This document shows, piece after piece, positions 1-10,000 of a stretch of DNA of 64,000 nucleotides (positions are counted from its first letter, which is position 1; every line of letters starts with the position of its first letter). Made by a program: the position numbers and the translations under genes. The DNA is from a virus (Duplodnaviria > Heunggongvirae > Uroviricota > Caudoviricetes): the IMG/VR virus record IMGVR_UViG_3300016674_000066; one strand, given 5' to 3'. The notes under the pieces were generated by a model. That model was not told where the DNA came from. It saw nothing but the letters and a program-made list of their open reading frames with translations, and made no database searches.

Positions 1-2
1 GC

Positions 3-3000
3 GAGCAGGCCCTGGCCCGCATCGAGACCGTGGCCGAGTGGATGGGCGTGAACCTGGGCGACATCGCCCAAGGCGTCTCTCAGCAGAGCAACGAGCAGGC
101 AGGCCCTCCGACTCGTCCCCAGCAGGTCGGCCAGATGATCACGTCCACGCCTGGCTTGAGTGGTCAGGAGCGCGACGAGGCGCTGCAGTCGATGATGGCT
201 TGGCGCAACACTCGCCTGCCCGCCCGCACCCGCCAGGCCGCACTGGATCGCGCCCTCGAGATCGTTGGTCGCACCCAGGCACCGCAAGGCAGGGCCAACC
301 CGGATCGCCAGCCCGCCGTGATGCGCGACATCGCGCCGCAAGAGGGCGCGCCGGAGTACTTCCTGCGTGAAGCTGAGCGCCGCGAGGATGGCGCCTACCA
401 GTTCCGCGCTCTTGGCTATGACGATGAGGCTGATGCTCTACTGCTTGAGGCCGACAGCCTGCGTGAAGCCGCCGCCTCCGCGCGCGCTGGCACGCTGAAT
501 GTGGAGGACTCCGCAGAAGCTGACGCAGATATTGCTTCGCAATCAAGAGCACTTTCTGTTGACGAGGCAAGCGGAAGTTTGCCCCGTGTGCAGATCCCGG
601 CATCAACCGATCAAGAAATCGGCGAGGCCAGCACCGCGCTGCGCCGCAAGCGCAAAGCCCAGATTGCTCAGATCGTCGGCAACGGCTTCGACACGGTCGA
701 GCGCTCCGGCGAAGGCTTTGTCCTGCGCAACACCAAGACCGGTCAGAGCGTGATGCTCGACGGCATGGCCGATGCGCAGATCGCCCGCAACGCCATCAAG
801 GCGCGCGTCGACGAGCTCGCCAACACCGCTGCGGCCAGTCCACTGAACGATCGCCTGGAGCCCACCGAGGCCCAGATCAAGGCTGGCAACTACAAGAAGT
901 CCGACGTCATCGAGCTCAACGGCGTCAAGGTGGTCATCGAGAACCCGCGCGGCAGCGTGCGTCGCGGCGTGGGTGCCGATGGCAAGCCGTGGGAGACCAA
1001 GATGGCCCACCACTACGGCGAGATCGTTGGCACCGAGGGTGCTGACGGCGACCGCGTGGATGTGTTCATCGGCGATCGCCCGGCCAGCAACAAGATCTTC
1101 GTCATCGACCAGGTCAACCAGGATGGCACCTTCGATGAGCACAAGCTCGTCTTCGGCGCCGTCAGCGAGGCTGATGCACGCCAGACCTACTTGGCCAACT
1201 ACGACAAGGGCTGGACCGGTCTGGGCGCCATCAAGGAACTCCCGCTTGCCGACCTGAAGACCTGGCTCAAGGATCACGCCAAGAAGCCCGCTGCAGAAAG
1301 CGGCATGGGTGCCATCCAGGTTCGCGTCAAAGGCAAGACCTACACCGTCAGCGCTGTGCCGGTTGAGAGCCTGCCCGCGAGCTCTGGCGACTCTCCGTCG
1401 CGCGGCGTCAAGGGCGCCCAAATCACCAAGCAGCAGGCCATCCTGCTCAAGGGCCTGGCTGGCTTCTTCGGCAAGGACATCGTGTTCTTCTCCGACCCGC
1501 AGTCGAAGGTCGACTCGGACGGCTTCGTCATTCCTGGTGATGATGTCACGATCTACCTCAACGAGCGCTCCGGCATCTCCCCTCTGGCTGTGTTTGGCCA
1601 TGAGCTGATGCACATCCTGCGCAGCGACAACCCGGCTGCCTACGACGCCATCGCCAAGGTGGTTGCCGAGCGCGTGCAAGACCCCAAAGGCTTCCGCGAG
1701 AACTACTACGGCAAGGACTCCGCTGAGGCCAAGAGCGACGCCGCCCTGAGCGACCGCGACCTCGAGGAGCTGATCAGTGACCTCAATGGCGACCTGATGA
1801 GCGACGGCGCCTTCTGGCGTGATGTCTTCGCGAAGATCCAAGATGACAACGGCGCGCAAGCCAAGAGCATCATCGCCAACCTGGCGGCGTTCTTCCAGAA
1901 GATACTGGACGGCGCCATCGCCGCGATCAAGGGTCAGCCCAGCTTCCGTGCCAGCCGCTTCATCAACGATGCCGAGGCTGTGCGCAATGCCTTCCGCGAC
2001 GGCATGGCCATGTACGCCCAGGGCGCTGGCATCAGCAAGGCCGCCATGCAGGCTGAACTGCTCAAGGCTCAGCAGAAGCTTGGCGACATCAAGCGCTCAG
2101 CTCCGCGCCCTGACGACGGCCTGACGGTCGATGGCTACCACTTCAGCAAGCAGGCGCGCCAGATCCTGTCGACAGGCTTCTTCGGCACCGGACTGCAGGG
2201 CAGTGACCGCGAAGAGATCATGTCGAACCCCGACATGCGTCTGCGCCAGCGCCTGTCCTTCTACGTCAACAAGGGCACCGGCATTCGCCCGGAGTCTGGC
2301 GTTGGCCCCATTGCCCACAAGGCAACGCTGACCAACATCTACGACGCTGACGCGGACGTCAAGCGCCTGAAGCAGGGCCGAGACAAGCGCGCCTTCGAGA
2401 CCGCCGTGATCAACGCCGGTTACTCGGGCTACCTCACGCGCCTCGATGGCAGTCAGCCTGGCCAGGTCATCCTGCTGGGTAGCCAGACCGTGAAGACCGA
2501 AGTCCTCGGCATGCGTACGCAGATCGATGACGCCAAGGTTGTGCCGGCCATGGCCAAGCGCGACGCTGACCTGGGCGACAAGTTTTCCGCCCTGAAGATC
2601 CCGCTAAACGGCCAGCTGATTCCGCAGCGCTGGGCCCAGATGGTGATGGCGCGCGACCCTGAGTTGGCCGCGCAGCTGATGGATATCGGCGCCTTCGAGG
2701 GCGACAAGCCGATGTATCAGGACGAGTTTGTCGCCATGGTGCGGCAGAAGGTCGGCGCACCAAAGAGGCCCTCTGGTCTGCAGGCCGCCGGGATCGTCTT
2801 TAAGGCCGCAGACACAGGCCGAATCCTGATGGCAAAGCGCGGATCATCTGTTGCCAACCCCGGCACATGGAGCATCCCGGGTGGCGCCGTCGATGCCGGC
2901 GAGTCGCTCGAGGCCGCCGCATTGCGTGAGGCCAAGGAGGAGATCGGTTTTCAGGGCCAGGTCAAGCTTGCCCGGATCGCCGAAGCCAAGTTCGGCAACG

Positions 3001-6000
3001 CAACGTTCAACACCTTCATCGCAACGGTTCCATCCGAGTTCTCTGTTCGCTTGAACGGGGAAAACTCAGAGGCGAAGTGGGTGGACCCGGACTCACTGCC
3101 GGACGGGCTGCACCCCGGATTTAGAGATGTCAAAGACCTGGTTGTTGGCGCCGCAAAATCCAAGAATCCGGCCGCATTGAGCCTGGATGGAAGCGAGATC
3201 AAGCGAAGCGCGCAGCGCGCCAAGGACGAGTACGCCGAAGTCGAGGCCAAGTACAAGGGCACCGACCAATGGCTCAAGGCGCCCAACGGCGGAAAGACGA
3301 ATCTGACCGAGCGCCAGTGGGTGCAGGTCCGCACTCCGGCCTTCAAGAAGTGGTTCGGTGACTGGGAGGCTGCGATCGCCAAGGGCGGCGTCTGGGCCGA
3401 CGACAGCACCTCCAAGGTTGTCGACGAGAACGGCGAGCCGCTGGTCGTCTATCACGGCACCGACAAGGGCGGCTTCATGGAGTTCGAGCAGCCCGGCGGC
3501 ACTGGCCGTGGCGACTTCGGGATCTTCACGACGCCCAACTGGGATATGGCGCGCAGCTACGTTCGCAAGAACCGCGCAAACGCAGTTGTCGACAGCGATA
3601 CCTCCGAGGCTGGCGACCAGCCCGGCATCTACGCCCTGTTCCTGAACATCCGCAACCCCAACGAGAGCGACTTCGAGGGTGCGACATGGAGCGGCGAGCG
3701 CTTCGGCCAGTACCAGGTTCTCGACGAGGACGGTGAGCCCATCTACGACGAGGCAGGCAACGGCTTCTTCGATTACGAGACGGCAGAAGAGCTGCTTGAG
3801 AAGAATCCCGGCTCCTACATTGAGCAGGCTGGCAGCCACTACGAAACTACCGACTCGGTGGTGAGAGAGGCCTGGCGCTATAAGAACGACGGCGCCATCG
3901 TGCGCAACGTAGTTGACGACGGCGGTGGCCCTGGCGCCTACGACATGACGCCGGCCGACATCTTTGTGGCCCTGTCACCCAACCAGCTCAAGTCCGCCGA
4001 CTTCAATGGTGGCGAGTTCAGCGCTGAGTCTGACGACATCCGCCGCAGCACGTCGCGCGAGTACAAGCTCGCCATCGACCGGGAGAGTCGCGTCAAGGCG
4101 AAGGTGGTTCGTTTGCTACCTGAAGAGATTTCGGCAATCGAGTCGGACGCGAAGAAGTTTGGCCTGTCGACCTCTCAGGTGAAGTCGGTGATGGATAGTG
4201 CCAAGGCAACAAAGCGGCAGTATCCGGCGTCTGAGGGTTGGGCCCAGATCTCAGTCATCGGCATCAACGTCAAGAAGGATGACAATGGCAACATTGTCCC
4301 GAACAGCGAAGAGCCGAAGTTCAAGGAGATCTCTTACGGCTTCAACGTTCCGCCCGGAAAGACCCGTGCGTCGCCAAAGCTGGATGCAGATCTGGCTGGC
4401 AAGGTTGCCAAGAAGTTTGAGCAGCTCATCCTGGACGTCTACGACCGAGCCGAGTCTGGCGACAAGAACGCCCAGATCATCGTTGGGCACCAGACCTGGT
4501 ATCGCAACGTGGCCGAGGTTCTGCGGCGCGAGTATGGCGCGGCCGGTGACATGTTGGCCGACCTGCTTGGTGCAACTTCCCCGAATACGCCAGTAGACAC
4601 CAACTGGAAGTTCTCTATCGACATCATGCGCCGCTTCATGCGGGGCGACTTTGATGAGCAGCTGGAGAAGTTCTCTGCCTTTGTTGAGCGCGGTGGCGAC
4701 CCGTCAAAGTATCCGGCCGCAGACAAGATCCGCCAGATCAGCGGCAAGCTGTATGGCATGAACTCCACCAACGCCATGAAGGCGCTGGTTGATATGTGGC
4801 GGCTGATTGAGCCGGGCCAGGCTCCGAAGGCGCGCAACTTTGCGTTGAACCTGATTGGCCAGTCGAACATGGCAACGATAGACGTGTGGGCTGCGCGGAT
4901 GCTTCGTCGCGCTGCCAACATGGTGAGAGGCGTCAGCCTGCCACGCATCCCTCCTGTTGCTGAGACCGGAGTGACTGGCGCCTGGAACGCGGACAGCACC
5001 AAGGTGACTGGCGAGTTTGGCTTTGGCGCTGAAGTCATGCAGATGGTCTCTGACTCGCTGGCCAAGAAGGGCGTCGTCGTATCCCCTCCAGATCTGCAGG
5101 CGATTGCGTGGTTTGCTGAGAAAGAGTTGTGGGGCCAGAAGGGATGGACCACAAAGACCGGCGAAGGCGGGTCGTTTGAGGAGAACATCGAGGCAACTCC
5201 GGTTGAGCGATACCTGGCCGGATGGAGCATCCAGCAAGGCGAAAAGCGCCCCGAGGATGGCAAGGCCACCGTGGCGCAGGCCCGCGTCATGTCCATGCTG
5301 GTTGGTGATGACACGGTGCTGGCTGCGCGCGTCATGCCGACTTACGGTCTGTACGGCGGCACCATCGAGGCATCGTTCGATACCGAGTGGACGGCGCAAA
5401 AGGGCAAGCATGACCCGACGCTGGTGATGGCCGAGATCGCCAAGCTGGCGCAGGAAAACAATCAGTGGGACATCTTTGTGTCCAGGGTTGTGCAACCGAA
5501 CGAGGAAAACAGAAACGCACGCCCAGGCGTTGAGATCTACTTCCGCGACCGCAAGTCTCTCGACCAGGCCATGCCCATCCTGGAGCGATTCACATCGCGC
5601 GGTCAGGATGGATTTACAATGGCCGTTGACCCACGAGCCAAGAAGAAAGGGCTGGAGGATCAGGAATTTATTGGGGTGAGGCTCCAGTACGTTCCCGAGA
5701 TCTCGATGCGCTGGGATGAGTCCTTGCGCGAAGAGATCATGAAGCCTGGTGCGATTGAGCAGATTCTCGATGAGAAGCGCCAGCTTCTTCACGAGATCGC
5801 TCGCGAGGTTAGGTCCATGGATGGCGTGGCTTTCGCCTCCATGCAGCAGTACGACACGGTTGTCGTCGGAAAGGAAAACTACGATGAGTACATTGATCGA
5901 GCAACTGAGGAAGGACGTCAGGGAGCTCGAACGCAAGCATGGTTCGGACGACCCGTACGTCAAGGACTTGAAAGAGCAGTTGCGCGCCTCAGAGGAGAAC

Positions 6001-7070
6001 GCGAGCAAGCCGGCCGAGGAGGTGTACAAGATGCAGGCGACGCAGTTCAAGCCAAACCTGCCCTCTCGGCCGACGCGCAAGCAATTCTCGACGCAAGCGG
6101 AGTACGAAGAAGCCCTGGCCGGGTGGCAGAGCAGGGTCGGTCGGATCAAAGCTCTGGGCGCGAAAAAGACGGGAGCCTGAATGGCCTGCCGCGCGACTTC
6201 ACTGTCGCCGGCATCGACATCCGCGCCAGCCACTGGGCACCAGCCGAAGCTGTAGCGCGTCAGTACATGGAGCGCGCCGGTCTCGAGTACCGGCCTCCAG
6301 CCAAGTACGCCAAGGTCGACAAGGAGCGTGCCGCGCGCATCGCTGCCGAGTACGACCGCATGAAGCACGATCCGAAGAATCCTGTGGTCAAGGCTGCCTA
6401 TAAGGCCCTGACCAAGGAAACGATCGAGCAGTACCGCGCCGTCGTCGAGTCTGGGCTGCAGGTCGAGTTCATCGACTTCGCCTCCCAGGGCGACCCGTAT
6501 GCCGCCAGCCCGCGCCTCATGACCGAGGACGTGCGCAACAACAACCACATGTGGGTGTTCAGCACGCGCGACGGCTTCGGCACCGACGCATCCTTCGACC
6601 CTGAGGACAACCCGCTCCTGGCGGAAACCGAGTTCGAGATCAGCGGTCAGAAGGCCCTGGTCAACGACCTGTTCCGCGTGGTGCATGACTACTTCGGTCA
6701 CGTCAAGGAGGGCGTCGGCTTCCGCGCTGATGGGGAGGAGAACACCTGGCGCGCCCACAGCTCTATGTTCAGCCCGCTGGCTCAGCGCGCGCTGACCACC
6801 GAGACGCGCGGCCAGAACAGCTGGGTGAACTTCGGGCCCCATGGCGACAAGAACCGCACGGCATCTGCTGGCGAGACGCACTTCGCTGACCAGAAGACTG
6901 GCTTGCTGCCGCTGTGGGTGAGCGAGGACGGGCGCTACGACGAAGATGCCTCGGCTCAGCCTGACGACATGACGATCCGCATTGGCGAAGAGACTCAGAA
7001 ATCAGACGCCGACGAATACAATCAGCGGATCGCGGCACTCGAAGAGTTGATCGCCTGCCTCAACAAGTAA
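3..7070 (+). CDS. Giant multidomain 'polyvalent' virion/effector protein. It is 5'-partial: frame 0 is open from the window edge. Domains: inorganic-pyrophosphatase-like, HExxH zincin, Nudix, PARP-like ART, and a C-terminal module starting at 6181
   Basis: Frame 0 is open from nt 3 with high GC3. Motifs: ENPRGS...HHYGEI...DGDRVDVFIGD (PPase-like, about nt 930-1110); FGHELMHIL (HExxH, about nt 1600); GGAVDAGESLEAAALREAKEEIGF (Nudix box, about nt 2880-2950); VVYHGT...GDFGIFTTP...NPNESDF (H-Y-E ART-like, about nt 3440-3680). Confidence 0.75.
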   Translation, partial: EQALARIETVAEWMGVNLGDIAQGVSQQSNEQAGPPTRPQQVGQMITSTPGLSGQERDEALQSMMAWRNTRLPARTRQAALDRALEIVGRTQAPQGRANPDRQPAVMRDIAPQEGAPEYFLREAERREDGAYQFRALGYDDEADALLLEADSLREAAASARAGTLNVEDSAEADADIASQSRALSVDEASGSLPRVQIPASTDQEIGEASTALRRKRKAQIAQIVGNGFDTVERSGEGFVLRNTKTGQSVMLDGMADAQIARNAIKARVDELANTAAASPLNDRLEPTEAQIKAGNYKKSDVIELNGVKVVIENPRGSVRRGVGADGKPWETKMAHHYGEIVGTEGADGDRVDVFIGDRPASNKIFVIDQVNQDGTFDEHKLVFGAVSEADARQTYLANYDKGWTGLGAIKELPLADLKTWLKDHAKKPAAESGMGAIQVRVKGKTYTVSAVPVESLPASSGDSPSRGVKGAQITKQQAILLKGLAGFFGKDIVFFSDPQSKVDSDGFVIPGDDVTIYLNERSGISPLAVFGHELMHILRSDNPAAYDAIAKVVAERVQDPKGFRENYYGKDSAEAKSDAALSDRDLEELISDLNGDLMSDGAFWRDVFAKIQDDNGAQAKSIIANLAAFFQKILDGAIAAIKGQPSFRASRFINDAEAVRNAFRDGMAMYAQGAGISKAAMQAELLKAQQKLGDIKRSAPRPDDGLTVDGYHFSKQARQILSTGFFGTGLQGSDREEIMSNPDMRLRQRLSFYVNKGTGIRPESGVGPIAHKATLTNIYDADADVKRLKQGRDKRAFETAVINAGYSGYLTRLDGSQPGQVILLGSQTVKTEVLGMRTQIDDAKVVPAMAKRDADLGDKFSALKIPLNGQLIPQRWAQMVMARDPELAAQLMDIGAFEGDKPMYQDEFVAMVRQKVGAPKRPSGLQAAGIVFKAADTGRILMAKRGSSVANPGTWSIPGGAVDAGESLEAAALREAKEEIGFQGQVKLARIAEAKFGNATFNTFIATVPSEFSVRLNGENSEAKWVDPDSLPDGLHPGFRDVKDLVVGAAKSKNPAALSLDGSEIKRSAQRAKDEYAEVEAKYKGTDQWLKAPNGGKTNLTERQWVQVRTPAFKKWFGDWEAAIAKGGVWADDSTSKVVDENGEPLVVYHGTDKGGFMEFEQPGGTGRGDFGIFTTPNWDMARSYVRKNRANAVVDSDTSEAGDQPGIYALFLNIRNPNESDFEGATWSGERFGQYQVLDEDGEPIYDEAGNGFFDYETAEELLEKNPGSYIEQAGSHYETTDSVVREAWRYKNDGAIVRNVVDDGGGPGAYDMTPADIFVALSPNQLKSADFNGGEFSAESDDIRRSTSREYKLAIDRESRVKAKVVRLLPEEISAIESDAKKFGLSTSQVKSVMDSAKATKRQYPASEGWAQISVIGINVKKDDNGNIVPNSEEPKFKEISYGFNVPPGKTRASPKLDADLAGKVAKKFEQLILDVYDRAESGDKNAQIIVGHQTWYRNVAEVLRREYGAAGDMLADLLGATSPNTPVDTNWKFSIDIMRRFMRGDFDEQLEKFSAFVERGGDPSKYPAADKIRQISGKLYGMNSTNAMKALVDMWRLIEPGQAPKARNFALNLIGQSNMATIDVWAARMLRRAANMVRGVSLPRIPPVAETGVTGAWNADSTKVTGEFGFGAEVMQMVSDSLAKKGVVVSPPDLQAIAWFAEKELWGQKGWTTKTGEGGSFEENIEATPVERYLAGWSIQQGEKRPEDGKATVAQARVMSMLVGDDTVLAARVMPTYGLYGGTIEASFDTEWTAQKGKHDPTLVMAEIAKLAQENNQWDIFVSRVVQPNEENRNARPGVEIYFRDRKSLDQAMPILERFTSRGQDGFTMAVDPRAKKKGLEDQEFIGVRLQYVPEISMRWDESLREEIMKPGAIEQILDEKRQLLHEIAREVRSMDGVAFASMQQYDTVVVGKENYDEYIDRATEEGRQGARTQAWFGRPVRQGLERAVARLRGEREQAGRGGVQDAGDAVQAKPALSADAQAILDASGVRRSPGRVAEQGRSDQSSGREKDGSLNGLPRDFTVAGIDIRASHWAPAEAVARQYMERAGLEYRPPAKYAKVDKERAARIAAEYDRMKHDPKNPVVKAAYKALTKETIEQYRAVVESGLQVEFIDFASQGDPYAASPRLMTEDVRNNNHMWVFSTRDGFGTDASFDPEDNPLLAETEFEISGQKALVNDLFRVVHDYFGHVKEGVGFRADGEENTWRAHSSMFSPLAQRALTTETRGQNSWVNFGPHGDKNRTASAGETHFADQKTGLLPLWVSEDGRYDEDASAQPDDMTIRIGEETQKSDADEYNQRIAALEELIACLNK
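5884..6180 (+). CDS. Embedded small ORF in the +1 frame (98 aa, K/E-rich coiled-coil-like protein, MSTLIEQLRKDVRELERK...) lying inside the giant ORF
   Basis: High GC3 and a realistic amino-acid composition in frame +1. Over the same span frame 0 has AT-rich third codon positions and an R/G/A-rich low-complexity translation. RBS: GGAAAGGAAAActacgATG. Confidence 0.4.
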   Translation: MSTLIEQLRKDVRELERKHGSDDPYVKDLKEQLRASEENASKPAEEVYKMQATQFKPNLPSRPTRKQFSTQAEYEEALAGWQSRVGRIKALGAKKTGA

Positions 7071-7082
7071 CGGAGAAGCCAG

Positions 7083-10000
7083 ATGGCGCAATTGATGTCG
7101 ACCTCGTGCCTGAAGTTGGTCGCAAAAATCAACGAGAGAGACCAGGATGCGCTGCTCTCTCGCCTCGACGAGCTCCAGGCCCAGGGCATGCCGGCGCAGC
7201 GCGCCCAGATCCAGGCCGCCATCGATGTGCTCTCTGGCCTTCGCCGCGAGGCTGCAAACGCCTCGTCCATCCCCGAGGACCAGGACATCAACCCGGACCA
7301 GCCCGACATCAAGCGCAGCGCTGCCCGAGTCATCCCTGACTTCGTTGAAGAGAACATCGAGGACACGGAGTACCCGGGCTCGAAGTATGCGGAGTTCGAT
7401 GACGGAGCCGCGTACGTGAAGTTCTTTGCGGACAACAAGGGGGATCTGCGTGTCACGACGCTGAATACCGAGGGCTCAGATAAGGTGCGCGGGCGAGATG
7501 TGTTGCGCTGGCTTGGGCAGACGTACGGTCGCCCGATCCTGGTCAACGAGGTCGACCCTCCTGCGTCTGGCTTCTGGGACAAGATGCAGGATGAAGGCAT
7601 CATCAAGGACTGGTCCAGGGATGCGTATCGAGGCAAGACGTCTAGCTTGCCGGATACCGACATCAAGCGCAGCACCGGCAGAAGCGAGGAAGAGATCGCA
7701 GCCGCCAGGGCTGATGGCTGGACCATCGCCGACAACGACCTGCCGTCGCGAGAGGCTGCAGAGCGCATCGTCAAGCTTCGCACCAAGGGCAACAGCGTCG
7801 TCAAGCCGATGGCCGCCTGGCAAGGCGCTGAGGTGCGCGTTGTCGAGAGCGACAACCCCGGGTTCTGGGCGATCGAGGCTCGCCGACCCGACGCAAAGCG
7901 CAGCGCCGCGCGCGACATCACCCGCAGCCGCAAGCGCCAGCCATCTGAGATTTTCGGCCGAGAGATCGCGCCAGCTGCAATCCGCGCATACAAGTCACTC
8001 TCCGCTGGCGCCAAGTCGATCGTCGACGGCTGGAACGTCAACTGGTCCATGGGCCAGGGCAGGCTGCGCAACAGCAAGGACTTTGATGAGGTGGTCAAGG
8101 CCTATGAGCCGGTGCGCGAGAAGCTGCGCCAGGTGTACGGCAGCACCGTGCCGGCATTCCGAGGCGAGAAGCAGGACGGCACCGAAAGCACGGACGATCG
8201 ATTCCTGTTCTCATGGACGCCGATGCGCGACATTGCAGCCGGCTTCGCCGTCAACCGCCGCTACGGCATGCCGGCCGAGATCCCGCAGTCTAAGGTCGAC
8301 GAGCAGATCGAGGCGTACAGTAAGACGGGCATCGCCCGCCTGAATGGCTACAAGTTCGTCCGCAAAGATCCGGGCGACTACGAGCCCGACGGCCCGGACT
8401 ACTACTACATCTACCAGGGCGGCGAGATGATCACCGACGGTGACGACATCGCCCGGGCTCTGCAGCAGGAGAAGGATGAGCGCGACGCATGGATCGGCGA
8501 GTTGCGTGATGGCGGCAAGCTCTACGCCGGCAACATACCGGTTGACTCAGTGGCATTCATCCCTGTTGGCGCCAACCTGCGCCAGCCCGAGTTCGTTGCC
8601 GAGTACAACCCCCGCAAGGACGCGGCTGGCGAGATCCGCCTAAGCACCAAGCGCAACGAGCTCGGCTTCCATTCTGCTCTCGAGCGTGGCATCGAAGACA
8701 TGCAGACCAAGTCTGCTCTTGCCGGTGCCTGGAAGGCCCAGATCAAAGGCTTGGTCAACAAAGGTGCCGTGAAGCAAGACGAGGTCACCTGGTCCGGCAT
8801 TGAAGACTGGCTCGACATCCAGGATGGCAAGGTCACCAAGGATGCAATCGCCGAGTACCTGAAGCAGGGCGGCGTGCAGGTGGAGGAGGTGACGCTGGGC
8901 GCCGTGGAGACTGGGCCCCAGCTCGATGCCTGGCTCGAGAAGTGGTCAGAGGAAAACGATGGTGAAACCGCCAACGCCATCTACAACGGCCAGGCCTGGA
9001 GCTATATCCAGCGCATTGCAAAGCAAGAAGGCCACCAGGATGTTGTTGACCGCATCGAGGCTAAGGTCAGTGGTGCGGAGCCCAAGTACGGCCAGTACAC
9101 CCTGCCTGGCGGCGAGAACTACCGTGAGGTGCTGCTGACGCTGCCGCCGATTGGCGGTGTGAGGTACACCGAAGAGAACGTCATTGCCATCGACGACTCC
9201 GATGACCCGAAGCGGTCGCAATACTTTTGGCGCTTCAAAGTTCCTGGCAACGAGCTGCAGATCTCCAAGCAGGTCTACCGCACCCAAGAGGAGGCAAAGG
9301 CTTACATCCTGAAGGAGAAGCAGCCAGAACCGCCAGCAGACAAGAACTACCGCTCCAGCCACTGGGATCAGCGCAACATCCTCGCTCACATCCGCGTCAA
9401 CGACCGCGCCGATGCCGACGGCAAGCGCGTTCTGTTCGTCGAGGAGCTGCAGAGTGACTGGGGGCAGGAGGGCAAGAAGAAAGGGTTTGCAGACAAAAGT
9501 GTGAGCATGGCTGAACTGGCCAAGCAGTTCGACGAACTCAACCGAGAGCGCCGCACCCTTGAGCAGCAGATTGCGGAAGGCGACGACGCTGACCAGGCAA
9601 CTCAAGCGGCTGTTGAAAGGTCGGTTGATGTCAACCGCCAGATGGTTGCACTGTCTGACCGCATGGCCGCACTTCGCTCCGGCGTCCCCACCGCACCCTT
9701 TGTGACCAAGACCGAAGGCTGGCTCAACCTCGCCCTCAAGCGCGTCATCGCCATGGCGGTGGATGGCGGCTACGACGCAGTCGCCTTCGTCAATGGCGAC
9801 CAGTCGGCTGATCGGTATGACCTGAGCAAGCACGTCGATGAGTTGATGATAGAAAGGGATGGAGACAGCTTCAAGATTTCCATGAAGCCCATCGGCGGTT
9901 ACTACGGGGACGGCGGGCGCTGGAGCGGAAAGGTGCAAGAGCTACCAGACGTCTTGGGCAAAGAGCTTGCGGACAAGGTCGCAGCGCAGCCGGAAGGTCG

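Noticed and set aside
5882-5887. A frame-2 TGA overlapping the ATG at 5884 (an ATGA junction), considered as the end of an upstream gene
   Set aside because: The frame-2 translation upstream (RHGCRRKGKLR) is junk, so the ATGA is coincidental.
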